The notes under the pieces: generated by a model
What the model saw: only the letters and a program-made list of their open reading frames with translations
What the model was told of the DNA's origin: nothing
Database searches by the model: none
Shown here: one piece after another, positions 49,878-62,924 of the stretch
Layout of the letters: each line of letters starts with the position of its first letter
How positions within the stretch are numbered: position 1 is the first letter of the stretch
Made by a program: the position numbers and the translations under genes
Origin: Tricharina praecox
Taxonomy: Eukaryota
Assembly: GCF_024521635.1 (NCBI RefSeq)
Contig: NW_026250441.1
Span: forward strand, 1 to 64,000
Length of the DNA: 64,000 nt
Reading direction: 5' to 3'

Positions 49878-49974
49878 GAAGAACAAGACGAACAGACAAG
49901 CACAGAAAAGAGGGAAACGATTCAACGTTTATCCCTCCGCATCGGGTATGATCCTGGTCACACTCCCATAACAC
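49878..49974 (-). repeat. LTR-like dispersed repeat, copy 2
   Basis: Direct repeat of 42811-42912. Confidence 0.6.
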
Positions 49975-50022
49975 TAGCTCGCCGCAACACAGAGATGCGT
50001 CTATAGTACCCCGCGCTCCCCG

Positions 50023-50190
50023 CAGTGTTCTCCATATGTACGTTGTCGTGTCCGGATTGCCAACACTCAGTCCCATCCGAGCATCGGGCGGACGGTTTGA
50101 AAATAGTCCGTCCGGGGTCGGTCGCAGTCCGACGGTGCGGACCGCCGTCAAAGTCAGGTGACGACGGCCTGTGACTAGTCTGTATGCTGT
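50023..50190. mobile_element. degenerate MITE related to 7619-7788
   Basis: Starts CAGTGTTCTCCATA and contains GCGGACGG..AAA.TAGTCCGTCC, as in the 7.6 kb copy. Confidence 0.5.
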
Positions 50191-52352
50191 TAGACGCTAG
50201 CCGCCTTTTACAAAGCGGGTGAGATATCATGAGATTCTATGTTTGAACTGTGGGATTCGGGGGCAGAGGCGGCTCTGTTTTACGGCGGGCGGCCAAGGTG
50301 CATACTTGAGCATGCCACGTTCATAATATTCCATTTCGTTGCTATATCGGTCTAGGTAGTAAGCTTCAGAGAGTTGCGCGAAGACGCATTCATTTGAATG
50401 CAGACTTATTGCAGGCAGCGATAGTGCGACCAATATCAAATAACTGGATTAATTATATGACTACTTCGCACCGAAATCGCATTGTGCATTGCTTCGGATA
50501 TTCTAAGACTTTTCCTCCTCCAACAATTCCGTCGTTTTTTTACTGCCTGTATTCAATCTCACGACCGTGATGTACCGGTACTGCGGCCACACTGATAAAC
50601 CCCCCTTTTTGCCACAGTATAAGGTAAAGTACTAGGTAGGTCAAACGTCTTCCTACAAGGGCCGTTTTACACCAAAAATGCCCATTCTCAAGTAACCAAA
50701 ACCCACGCTTCACGTGGCGGAAAAAAATCGAGTCTTTCATAGAAGCTTTAGAATCGCAAGAGGCGTACGAAAACTCTTGACCTGGTACTTTACGAACGAA
50801 GCTGTCATATGATGAACGAATTCCTGTCCACCTCCTCAGCTACAGCCGCTGGCACCGAGTTGCGTCTGAAGTAGGTATGCGTCGAAGCCGAACGAGAAAC
50901 AGAGAACCACTATTAAGCGAAAGGCATGAATGATATTAGCCTTCAGCTCCCCATGTCAGGGATTGAGAGCTCAGAGGACCGCACCTCCCACCATTTTAAA
51001 AGCCCAATCGTAAAAAAACTGAACAATCGCTGCTCGGCGGAGGGGCTGAGTTGGAAAGACAAACTTTTGCCATTTCTGCCCCGGATAATATGCGAGATTT
51101 TGTAGGACATGGACCATGTCTCACTGTAATAACCAACACTGCCATATGTATCAATGGATGCCCGACACAGCGACACGCAGCTACTAGGCTCCGTTCATCT
51201 CACCATTATCTCATCATGCGGATGTGCCAAGCACGTAGCGCGACATAATGCTTTTAGCATTATGTCGCATTATGTCGTTTCGGCGCCCAGACTTCTGAAG
51301 CAACGCCACATCTATTGCTGCCACTACATAGAAGCTAGCCGGTAAGCGTAGTTGAAGGGGAGCGAGCGGAGGTGAACCATTATGTAATAGAGTAGGGTCC
51401 TGGAGCCTCAAATGCGATGGAAAAATGGAATGGATTACGCGTTTCCACTGGAATCTCGCGGATTTACTCAGTCATTCTTTCGATGACTATAACTGTATGA
51501 GTTAATTGACTCTGGCAATGCTTCCCGGATGACGCGTGTAATGAAAACCATTGCTTCCATAGTCTTCAGCTGCCAGAAGTTGCAAATTCTTCCGAAGAAT
51601 CACGTTTCCTGCCGAGGCAGGAGTTTTTGCTGTTCTAGTTGTTGAAGTATCTGTACTCTCGTTGATTTTCGCGTCATGGTGGTGGTGATGGTAGTGGTTG
51701 AGGTTGTCGATGGAGACTCCCCCCCTTTTTTGTTTGCGTGGCGCAGCCCTACTTGACATAATAGCGAGATAGTGGGTTGAGATGAACATTTGCCACCTCA
51801 AATTATTAGTGAAATAATGGTTGTCAAGTTTGTGTGGTAGCAGGATGAGATAATGGTGAGATGAACGGAGCCTAAGAGACTGCTAATGAATCACGTACCC
51901 GGAATATCGTCGTCGAGTGACTCCGAATGCATGGCTGCCATCAGTGCCAATGCCAGTAGATACTCTACCGGAGTACTCTTCGTAGATTCGACTTGTCGAT
52001 AAGTCCCACGAATGTCAAGATTCACAGAGCCGATGAAATCTGCTTGTGCAGCACTGCCGTCGCATCGTCCCGACGTCCAAGCTGCCGAAATCACCGGTAT
52101 TACGATGTGCTTGACGTCGTTGACGGTTGTGGCGACTCTGCTCGACAGCATGACATTCATGGGTACTCGAAAGCGAACTTATGCGCAGTCATGTCAACAC
52201 GATTTCCATTTCTAAACAACAGCGTTGAAGACCTCGCCATCACGATCCGGCAGTAGCCGAGAAGCCGTATGTATGTACCACTCCTCTACGCGGCGGCGTC
52301 GCGATCCCTCAACCGCTGCCGCTTATCCCGCGCCTCTGCAACGCACGCACCG

Positions 52353-52961
52353 TCAGCCGCCGCCGCCGTCGCCGCGCGCCCTCGTCGCCATCCACGTACC
52401 TTTCCTAACGCGATACCTCTCCTTCCACTTATCAGTCCTCTTCTCGATCCACGCGTCGAGATCACCATGGCGCTCCCTGGCGAGTGCCATGACATCCTCC
52501 TCCAGCAGCATAGTCGCACGGACACTATGGACCATATACGTGCCCCAGCGACACCGGGCCAGCAGCTCGTCGCGCCCCAGCCGCCACTCCGCCCGCGCAT
52601 CCGTCATCGTCACCCCCTCCCACCGCGTGTCGCACCGCCGACAGCACCGCACATCGTTGAATACGCGCGCGACGCACCGCGTGCGCCGGTCGCAGAAGCG
52701 GCAGCGCATGTGCGCATGCCGCAGGTAGGTGCGCGTGTAGGGCGCCTTGAGGCGGGCACGGGGGGAGGAGGGGAACGCGAGTGATAGCTTCGTGAGCAGG
52801 TGCAGGCTGTAGGACTCTACCGCTGAGTGCAGGGACCGGCTGCTCAGGAAGAGCGCGCTGAAGGCATGGCGACACAGCGAGGGGACGCTGGCGGAAACGG
52901 GTGACAGGTGCGATAGGATCTCGTATAGGACTTCGCGCGGGAGGTCGTCGAGCGTGGGCAT
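52353..52961 (-). CDS. F-box protein with a C-terminal Cys4 zinc-binding region
   Basis: MPTLDDLPREVLYEILSHL is an F-box start; CRFC..CRRC follows. Confidence 0.8.
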   Translation of the reverse strand: MPTLDDLPREVLYEILSHLSPVSASVPSLCRHAFSALFLSSRSLHSAVESYSLHLLTKLSLAFPSSPRARLKAPYTRTYLRHAHMRCRFCDRRTRCVARVFNDVRCCRRCDTRWEGVTMTDARAEWRLGRDELLARCRWGTYMVHSVRATMLLEEDVMALARERHGDLDAWIEKRTDKWKERYRVRKGTWMATRARGDGGGG

Positions 52962-53905
52962 CGCGGTGGGCGGGTGGTGGATCGCCCGACGTGGAGGTTG
53001 CGTGGGTGCGTGCAGCTTGGCTGGGTAGCGGAAGGGGAGAATTCTCCAGATATCTAATGGATCCACAGAAGAAGTTGACAAGTCTTCAGCTTCGCGAACG
53101 GAGATGGTGGTGGTTGGTTAACGCGCCCGCGAGCAAACAGCTTGCAGCTCATCGCTTCAGCCAGACGTCTGCCTGGCCACGCCACGCTAACTAGTCCGTA
53201 TATGGGGTAGCGTAGTTAACATGCGGCGGACGCTGACTCACAGATACCTGGCAGTGAAGGTGTGTCACGTGCGACGATGGGGAAAATGGCTTCCGAGCGT
53301 GGTAGTTGGTAGTAGAGTACTTCACTTGGACTACCGGTAGAAACTGATTCTTCGAGAGGATACGTTAGAATTACGTTGACGTATTGATCCATTGTGACTT
53401 GTCCACATCCTGATCTCACCACGACCTCCACCAGCAGCCAAGAGTCAATCCTCTGCCTCCACCTATGCCTCCGTCCTAATCACAGCAACAGACTCGTTGT
53501 GTGCATATAATTCCGGTTCCATTCTTCCCCCGCAATCCAACCGAGCGGAAACCGGCACCGGCACCGACGCTGCGCACAGACTCGATCATCCTTGACTTGT
53601 CACTGCGCATTGCGTGGCCGGCCGGGGTGATCACCTTAGCGGGGACGGAACATTTTTCGGCTTCCCGTCCGGATGCCGGAATCCGGAGCTCGGATACTAG
53701 TAGTTGCGAGTAACGACGGGAGAAACCCGATGTGCAGTGGTGGGGAAAGGATGCCGGAGTTTGGAGTCTGGAGTTTCGCATAGGTAGTTCATTCTGAGTG
53801 GACATACGTTCTGGATGGATTGCAACCGTCCCCCTCCCGGATGCGCTCTCTCGTTCCAGAGTATCCGACACCACCACCACGCAGGATTTCGTCTTCTCCC
53901 CACAC

Positions 53906-54333
53906 CAGGGGTCCTCAAACTTATCTAGGTGAAAATCTGGCCGGGTGATAAGGTGTTTTTACTGGTCCGGCAAATACCGAATTTTCCAGAACCCGCTAAA
54001 ATTCTCCAAACGCCGCTACTTTTGCAGACCGCGAAAACACCGTCTGCGTGCCCGTCTGGGTGACTGCAGGAGCTCTAGCTCGCCTCTAGCTCACTATAAT
54101 AGGTGTAGGTAACGGCTGGTTTCTGCGATCAAGGACTGAGACTGTAGAAATTTTCTCTCGGCGCCGGTCTGGCCAGTTTGTATTGAGGAAAGCGGCCCGA
54201 TACGCTTCCTTCCAGAACAGCACCCGGCACGGGGTCCTCAAACCTACATCGCACGTCTGGCCATTCTGATTGGCCAATGTTTCTAGACCAGATTCCGGCC
54301 GGATTTTCACCCAGATAGGTTTGAGGACCCCTG
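53906..54333. mobile_element. 428 bp hAT-like MITE
   Basis: 39-bp TIRs CAGGGGTCCTCAAAC(T/C)TATCT(A/G)GGTGAAAATC(T/C)GGCCGG with 3 mismatches. No TSD was seen. Confidence 0.85.
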
Positions 54334-54366
54334 CTATCCATTCGTCAGACTCCCTCAGCTCTTCTC

Positions 54367-54430
54367 CACACCACCACCACCACACCACCACCACCACCAC
54401 CACCACCACCACCACCACCACCACCACCAC
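54367..54430. repeat. (CAC)n microsatellite
   Basis: Direct observation. Confidence 0.95.
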
Positions 54431-55466
54431 GCTAAGCGAGCAGCTGGAACTTGGTTATCAACTTATCATCGATCATGCATGCATGCAGCCTGGATATAAC
54501 TCTAGTGTAATCGAATCACGTCCATCCCCGGTCGCGGCGGCTACCACCGTCGCTCGAGTCTTCTGGGAACGTGGCGCTTGGCTCTCGTCTCGTCGATGGC
54601 TCGGCTCGTGCATGGCTTGAGTGGGGTATGCTGCCCCACTCCGCTCACCCTCTCGCCAGCCAGCTTCATGTCCCGACCGAACACAGACACGGGAAGGAGA
54701 AGGGAAAGGGCAAGAGGAAGGGGATCTCGATTCTCGACGGGATGAACACGCTTCCAGGTTCGGGTTCAGGTTTCCCTGGTCAGGGACTCAGACGATTGGA
54801 ACTGCCGATCTGCAATCTGCAATCTGGACTGCGTTCTGCGCATGCACGCGCCAACCAGACCCAGCCCAGCCTAGCCGAGTCCAGCCGGGCGGTCGTTCGG
54901 TGCGGGGCCGGCGTGCGGGAGGGAGGGTGGATGCAATCGAGTGGGAGGACTCGTCTCGCCGGTGGTGGTGGGCTGGGCCAACTCTGGGATTTCCATAGAA
55001 GAACCAAGTTCTTGGGTTGCCAACCCATCAGAAGTGTATTCCTGCCACCGTCGTGATCCCACCGCACCCGTCCGCAAAGTGCAAACCCAGATTCTCCCCT
55101 CCACCCCCTCCACCGCCAAAACCCAAAACCCAAAAACCAACACCACGGACCAGCGGTCATGCGCACGCGCGTATGCAGCTCCTTCTCGGAACGGAGCGAC
55201 GGCTGCTGCGAGCCGATGTGCACTCACCAACCACGGTAACTAGTGCACATTCATGCATGCGCCAGGAATCGGGACGTAGGCGAGGTGGCCGTGACAACCA
55301 CGGATTCTTCACGATTGCAGGAGCTAAGAAGGTGCTGTCTACGTGGACGTGGATGCGGGAGACGACCTTGGTTACTAGGCGTCTGATAGCTACTCTACAT
55401 AAACCTCCCTCGCCCGCCGCCGTTGCCAGTATCGGCCACTCCACACCAACATTCCACCGCACAACG

Positions 55467-57342
55467 ATGGCAGCCCTCGCCGACCTGCTACGCTACATCG
55501 ACCTCTGGGTCCTGCTGTACACCTGGGCGGTCGTGTACGGCCTAATCGTCGTCCGCCGCGTATGGTTCCACCCGCTCTCGCACGTTCCCGGGCCTCCGCT
55601 CGCCGCCGCGACATATATGTACTTTTCGTGGTACCAGGTGCTCCAAGACGGGGCCATGTGGCAGCAGCTGCCGGCGCTGCATGAGAAATATGGTTCGCAC
55701 TTGTCGGCGGATGGCGCGGGAGGGGGAGGGGAGAGGGAGGGGTAGTGCTGATTGAGATTCCGCTGTTGCAGGCCCCGCCGTACGCATCAGCCCGACCGAT
55801 GTCGATATCATGGAGCCTGAGTTGTACCATCAGTGAGACCCGCACTTCTCCCTGCACAAACAGAACTGACGTCGTACGCACACAGAGTCTTCGGCCTACA
55901 GACGACATACCTCAAAGACCACAACATGTACAAGCTCACCGGTCTCTCGCGGTCGAGCGCTTTGACGTGCGACCCGGTGGAGCACCGGGCGCGTCGCAGC
56001 CTAGTCAACCCGTTCTTCTCGAAAAAAGCGATCAACGACGCGTGTTCGACGGTGCTATCACCGATCATCGAGAACTTCTGCGACAAGCTGGACGCCTTCT
56101 GCGCTTCGGGGGCGCCGGTGCCGCTGGCAAACGGCTTCTACTGCGTCACGGTAGATATCATCTCGCAGTACTGCTTCGGCCGCTGCTGGAATATGCTCGA
56201 TGAGCCGAACTTTACGAGTGACTGGGTCGAGAGCGTGCTCAGCATTAGCGATGGGATCAATATTAGACTGCATTTTCCGATGCTTACGAATGTGCTGCTG
56301 TTTGTGTCGCAGTTCGTACCCAGCCTTGTCCCGCTCGCTTATAAAAGGCTGATGGAGGTGCGCTGCCCTCCCCCTCCCCTCGGATATGCGTGCTGACCCC
56401 AGCTGAAGGAATGTCAAACCCTGGTGCGGGCCTCAATCGCCTCCGTGGCTTCCGCACGCACCTCGGGCGCACCCCGCAAGGCCCGCCCGTCCACGGTAAT
56501 CGAGGCGATAATCGACCCCCCGCCCTCCTCGTCATCATCGAAGGAAGCATTCGTGACTCCCTTCCAAGACCTGGTGGAAGAGGCCGTGGCCCTGACCTCG
56601 GCCGGAACCGACAGCACCAGCAACTGCCTGCAGTACTGCGTATGGCACTTCCTCACTAAACCCGAGGTGCGCGCGCGGCTGCTGGTGGAGCTCGATGCTG
56701 TCGAGAGGGATGCGGACGGCAGGTTTAGCCTCGCGAGGTTAGAGGGGTTGGCGTATTTCGTACTCCCCCCCCCCCCCCCCCCCCCCCTTCCCCCACTCTT
56801 TATGAGTGGTACCCGTGCTAACACGGGAAAGACTGGTTTCCTCCAAGAAGTCCTCCGCTACAACCACATCGCGCCCACCCGCCTTCCGCGCGTCGTGCCC
56901 ACAGGCGGCCTGACGATCCCGTCTACCGGGCTGCACCTCCCCCAGGGCACTAGCATCGCGTTCTATATCACGCTGATACATATGGACCCGCGATTGTTCG
57001 AGAGCCCGGAGGAGTTTCGGCCTGAACGCTGGATGGGCGAGGAGGGGAAGGTGTTGAATAAGTGGTTGGTCAGCTTTAGTAAGGGTGATAGAGGGTGTTT
57101 GGGGGTTAAGTAAGTTATTCCCTGCGACGAGTGGGGGGGAGGGCGGGGGAGGAGGAGGCTAATGTGTGGGGTGCGGCAGTCTGGCGTATGCGGAGTTGTA
57201 CCTTGTCCTGGCGAACCTACTGACGAGGTATGAGATCGAGCTGTGGGAGACGAATAGCGAGAGGATGGAGTGGTCGGATCATGGCGTGGCGAGACCGAAG
57301 GAGAGGATTCAGGTTAAGGTTAGGAGGAGGGTTAAGGCGTAG
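55467..57342 (+). CDS. cytochrome P450 monooxygenase, ~6 exons
   Basis: N-terminal TM plus HPLSHVPGP; I-helix AGTDST; EVLR; PERW; heme motif FSKGDRGCLG. Five canonical introns. Confidence 0.95.
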
Positions 57343-57653
57343 GTACTTGGTCAGGAAGTCGGTCGGTCGGTCATAAAGTGGTACTCGATGAATTATATCC
57401 CATGATGATTCCAGTTGTTCGATAATAGGTAGCCGTGCACTCGCCCCGTGACCCCCATCACTGTGATACCGGCCCGTGCTAGCTGCAGTGGGTCTTCGTT
57501 CATTGAGTACCGTAACTTTCTATACATGCCGGAGAGACACGCAACAGGCTGCCTATGCTTCGGTCCTCCGCTCGTGTAGCTACATTGTACTCGCTTATGT
57601 AACACTTCCTCCAGTCTCCCCGCCCTGTCAATGGTCATCCAAAATACCGGCAA

Positions 57654-57710
57654 GTGCCACAGCCACAGCCACAGCCACAGCCACAGCCACAGCCACAGCC
57701 ACAGCCACAG
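57654..57710. repeat. (GCCACA)n microsatellite
   Basis: About 9 copies. Confidence 0.95.
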
Positions 57711-58772
57711 TCCCAACCACGCACGTGATCAGAGATCCGACTCCCGGCACCTGCACACTGGGCGAGCAGTGACGCGCACGACCGCACGCAAAGAGTATGG
57801 AGTATTGACTATTATGTGTAGCACAGTATGCCAGGCAGAAATCCTCCCCAAGCGGAAATAGCACTCGAGCAGGACTCGTAATTCGCTATGGCACATGTAC
57901 CCCCAGGCTCCCCGCCACACCGGGAACCTACGCTGACAGTCGGAAACTTCGAATGCGCAGTTCGATGGAGGCTGGAGCTGTCGGTATTAGTACATGGGTC
58001 CTGAAATATCCCGTCTGGTAGCGAGAGAGGGAATCGGTTTATTGGCTCATACTTATGGCCTTGCTATCCACACATGGTTGGTGCTAGGTAGACTACGGCG
58101 ACCACAGCTCAGACATTCCCGGACCCAGATACACTAATACTGTGGAGTACCTATACTTAGAGAGAGATCTTCAGTTACTAGCAGCCTACGGCCACGAGTC
58201 CGAGTACGAGTGACCATTTGTGACCCCGTGACCATCCGCCCTACCCACGGTTCTACGGTACCTGTCCATCTGTCCCTGCAGAATCCGCGCCCTACCTCCC
58301 TTCTCCTTTCATTTCCTTTTGTTCTAGAAGAAACGAAACTCGAGCCGATCCGTAGTTATAGTAGGTACAGCTTACGGTCATAGGATGAGAGGAGAGCCCG
58401 GTGAAGCGCGAGGTACCAACTAACTGTTGGGGCATCGGTACTAGAGTAAATAGCAAATAGCAAATAGGTAGCAAATAGCAGGGCGATCGTTTCACGCGCA
58501 GGACTCAGCACTACTGCTGCACCCGGTATTGTCACTAATACCTGTACTAGTATACGACCTAGTATACGAGTGCCCGTTGCTATTGCTGGGATAATGCCAC
58601 CAGCGAGCTGTTTCGTCCCATATTTGGGAAGACCCAGCCAGCAGGGTACCGGCGGGGTATCGATGGTCGGTGCCTGCTGACATACTTGGTGCCTGCTTCG
58701 ATAGGCCAGTATGTATAAGATGCGGCGTGAGCCCATGTCGAAGCACTCACCAAATACCGGACGAAAATAACA

Positions 58773-59847
58773 ATGCGACCAAGTTCCCGCATATTCCTGT
58801 CAATACTCCCGGCCGCCGCGTCGTTGCTCCCGCTGGTCGCCGCAGCAGGCACCTGGCCCGGCTGGAGCGGTCTGAAGCACATGATAGTCTTGTAACTCAC
58901 CCCTCCCTGCCGCCGCTCACCCGCCCCGGGCGCCACCAGCTAACCCCCACAGCGGCGACTCCTTCACGCGTATCGGCTACGTCCCGGGCAGCTCTCCCGC
59001 GCCCTCATCCAGCAACCCACTCGGCGTCCCCGCGCCCGGCCGGCCCTCCTCCAACGGCCCCAACTGGCTCGCGTACCTCACACGCACCTACAACGCGCAG
59101 CACACAGTACTCACACACGACCTCGCCGCAGGCGGAGCGACCGTATCGCGCAACCTGGTCGCCGGGCCGGCGACGGCAAAGATGCTGAACGAGCAGTTGG
59201 CGGAGTGGTTACCGCTCGTAAAAGGGTGGACTGGGAATGAAACGCTGGTGGCAGTGTGGATCGGGATCAATGATGTCCGCCTTGGATGGCAATCGGATGT
59301 GCAGGTGGAGAGCGTTGTCGGGGAGTATTTTGTGCAGTTGCAACGGGTGCGCTCTCCCCCCGTTCGGGCACCTACGGCGCCGTGGCTGATAGGTAGTAAG
59401 CAGATGTACGCCTCCGGCGCACGCAACTTCCTCCTGCTCGACGTGCCGGACATGACGCGTTCGCCGGAGTCGCAGGCACTGAACGGTAGCGAGCGCGCAG
59501 CGCTCGGTGTGTACAATACCGCGTACAACTCCCTTCTATCGCAGGGGGCGCGGGAGTTCGAGGCCGCGAACGACGTCGTGGTTTTCACGTTCGGGATGGG
59601 GGAGGTCGCGGATGATGTCCTCGATCGCTACACCGAGTTTGGGATCAGTAATACGCATGAGTTCTGTGCGGCGTATGAGAACAGGCAGTATAATGGGAAC
59701 GGGGATTGGGAGACGTTCGTGGATGCGAATTGTACTGCTGCGGTTGGGAAGTACTACTGGCTCGATAAGACCCATCCGACGAGTACTGTGCATAGGGAGT
59801 GGGGGAGGAGGCTGGCGGGGTTTTTGCAGGCGAAGGCGCCGCAGTGA
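58773..59847 (+). CDS. secreted SGNH/GDSL esterase (CE16-like acetylesterase), 3 exons
   Basis: Signal peptide; FGDS across the first intron; SNGPNW, WIGIND, GARNF and DKTHP motifs. Confidence 0.9.
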
Positions 59848-61617
59848 GGGACGGAGGGGAGTGGGGCGAGTGCGCAAATAGATTAATAGCGGGAACGATC
59901 ATGGGATATAATTCGTCGAGTCCTGCTGCATGACTGACTGACTATCGACGCCTTGACGGTCCTTCGCTTGATCTTGACGTGTACCTGCTCGACCGGGCGG
60001 GCAACGCTATGATCTGACTAATCTATCCGCTCGGGATCGGAGCCTCGGGCACGAACTCGGTCGGGTACTCGAACACCCGCGGGTACATGCGTGTCATCGT
60101 GATATGAACATACCTAGTGAGGTGAATGGGCGGTGAGGCGGCGGTGTTGAAACTTGAAAGACCACCGCCGGTACACACCAGAAGTACCGCCTGTGTGCTA
60201 GTTGGGAAATCACCTGTGGTCACCTGCTAAATTCAAGAAACGGGAGAGGGCTGCTAACGTCTGAATACATGACTATGATATCATGTATGTTTTTGAAGGA
60301 CCGTGAGGATGAACAGGACCACGAAGAAGCTCGCGACTCCACAGGTGCGGAGACTCGACAGCCAGGGAGAAACATCAACGTGCAAGTGCAGATTTCTTTA
60401 TGATTTCCTTTATTTATTGTCGCTCTTACTCCACCTACTCTAGCGTAGGGTGGGTGATATTGGTGCCGCGACGCGCTAATAGTAACTAACACCTGCGGGC
60501 CAGCGGCGGCCTGGGGGGACAGGTCCTCTGTCATGATCGGTCACGGTCCAACACAGAAAGGTGAAACAATGTATTTTCCCCCCACTTGCCAGCCGTCCTC
60601 CCCAAAGCCCCCTATGGCCTGCCGTCTTTGTTACAGAATCAGGATGTATCCAGATCAACCAACGAATGTCACATGGAAGATTGAACACTGCTTTGCCACG
60701 TGACTCTATGTGCATACTAGTATCGGCCCGTCCCGCCGTCCCGCCGTTTGGAACATTTTCCAAAAGTCCATGCACCGGATGTCACTGGTCACGAACGCTC
60801 CGATTATCGGTATGTGTGGTTTCATAGGTAGTTCCCGTTTCCGAGAAATCGGACATGGTTCTGCATGAACGTCGATATGAGCCTAATGAAACGAACAGGC
60901 GGTGAAGCGGCGGCAAGGGAGCCGCGGTGTTGAAGCTTGAAACCACCGCCGGTCGCTTGGTCGGGAAAGTACAGCCTGGCTAGTTGAGGCTGGCCGTCTG
61001 GTGAACGGGGTAGATCGGGCTGAGAAGGGCGTTCCGCGCCCATTGTCTAGATACTCTATCGATGCCTCGTGAGAACACACGTTGCGGAAATAAACCTGTC
61101 CGCCCAGACTCCGGCCATATGTACTGTGCCTCATTCCTACATTCTAGCATTTATGTAGTGGCCCGGCTCGCCCGGGCGTACACTACTAGTCCATACACAC
61201 AGGCTACGCCGTTGTAATGGGTAGTAGTGCCATCCCCATATCATCGACGACATGATCACGGCGGTTCAGCGATAGCTTCTTTTCTGCAGCGATATCTTCT
61301 TTCCTGAGGTGTAATTTTTCTGTAAGGGCTCTTGATACAAGCTTCAAATGACGTATGGCGTACAGTATGCTATTAATAGTCCACTCCTGCATATGCCATT
61401 ACCCAGCCGCAAGCGCCCATTTCGTCAGGGACCTGGCTGGTGAAGTGTTCGCGCGCCACCCGGAGGCTGCGATTCTTCAGGGACCATCCTCCAAGCAGCA
61501 TCCTCCGTCCCATCGCGCACTACCCCCGCCTAGTTCCTGCCCGGCCCCGCCGTCACGCCCCGCCACCGTCCCGCTGTCGTCCCATCCTCAAAACCCCGCG
61601 CCGCCCGCATTCCAAAG

Positions 61618-62569
61618 ATGTCGCAACCTGTAGCAACAGAAACGGCCGATGCGACGATGTACTACACCCCCTCGCGCTCGATGTTCTTCCTCATCCGCAT
61701 CGCCGGGTACACATGGTACAAGACGTACCGGACGATCGAGATGCTGGCGGGCTCACCCAGTACCGCGACGACCCGGTGGCTGGAACACAAGCAGACGGAG
61801 CTGAACTTCGCGTCGCTGATCGTGAGTCCCTTGGCTGGAGCAGTAGAGATTCGGGGTGCTGATGGTGTAACTACTCTACAGGGCGGTCTCCTCGCGTCGT
61901 GCGTCACCGCGTCGCTTTCGTGGCCCGACGTGCCGACCGCGCACTGGCTCGTGCGCGCGTGCTGGTACGTCTCGCTGAGCATGGTGATCACGTCGGTGCT
62001 GGTGGCGTTCCAGCAGGTGGCGGGGCTGGGCGGAATCCTGGCCACGCATGGCTCGCACGCGAGTCTGTACAGCGCCCTGCTCGACAGGAATGGAAGGCCC
62101 GATATAAAGATCGTGTTCGTCCTGCAGGTGCCCGTGCAGCTGCTGAGCTATTCGATCTTTTTTTATACGCTCGGGTTGGCAGTGCATGTTATCTCGCCGC
62201 TCGGGTGGAGCGTGTGGGGTGATGATTCTAAGGTTCGTTGTCCGCTCCGGAGACTGTTGCGTAAGGTGCTGATGCGCGAAGATTGCCGTGTTCTATTGCG
62301 TCGGTCTCGCCGTCTCTGTCTCGCTGTTCATGATAGGCAGCCACTACAGCCTGCAGTTGCTGGATACGTCGAGTTTGGTCGGGAAACAGAACGAGGTTAT
62401 GGGGAACGAGCATGGAGACAGCGAGGAGAGCTTCTCGAGGAGGCCAACGTTCATGAATAGGGAGACGAGTCTCGAGGAGGCTGCAGATCGTGTCAACGAG
62501 GAGCGAACGAGGAATCAAGGCGTGTCGGGTGGCATCGGAGGGTTGCAGACGAGGGAGATCGTCGAGTGA
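61618..62569 (+). CDS. uncharacterised fungal membrane protein, ~3 exons
   Basis: About 4 hydrophobic segments. Introns at ~61822-61881 and ~62233-62281 join the ORF to the 62288..62569 frame. Confidence 0.75.
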
Positions 62570-62924
62570 ACCAGGAGCTGGACTCTGGTCACGTGAATGG
62601 GAGCTGTACTTCGATCACGTGAATAAGGAGCTGGACTCTGATCACCGTTGGTGGACGAGGGAACGCAGGAGACGAATCAAAGACGCCGGAGTAGGAGGAA
62701 CCGCGTTGTGCGAGAGCATATGGCGAATTATCAGGACGGATGATTAGATGGATCAGATACGCCATAGAGTCTATAGCCGCCGAATAGAGAGCTTGAGCAG
62801 ATCACCCAGAATCCCTGTCCTCACGTGCCACAGTTATCGCCAGATTTCACCTTCTGCGTGTCCCCCTCCCGTCTGATCATCATCGCTACATCGCACGCAT
62901 GCCACCTCTACATCCACGACCGAC

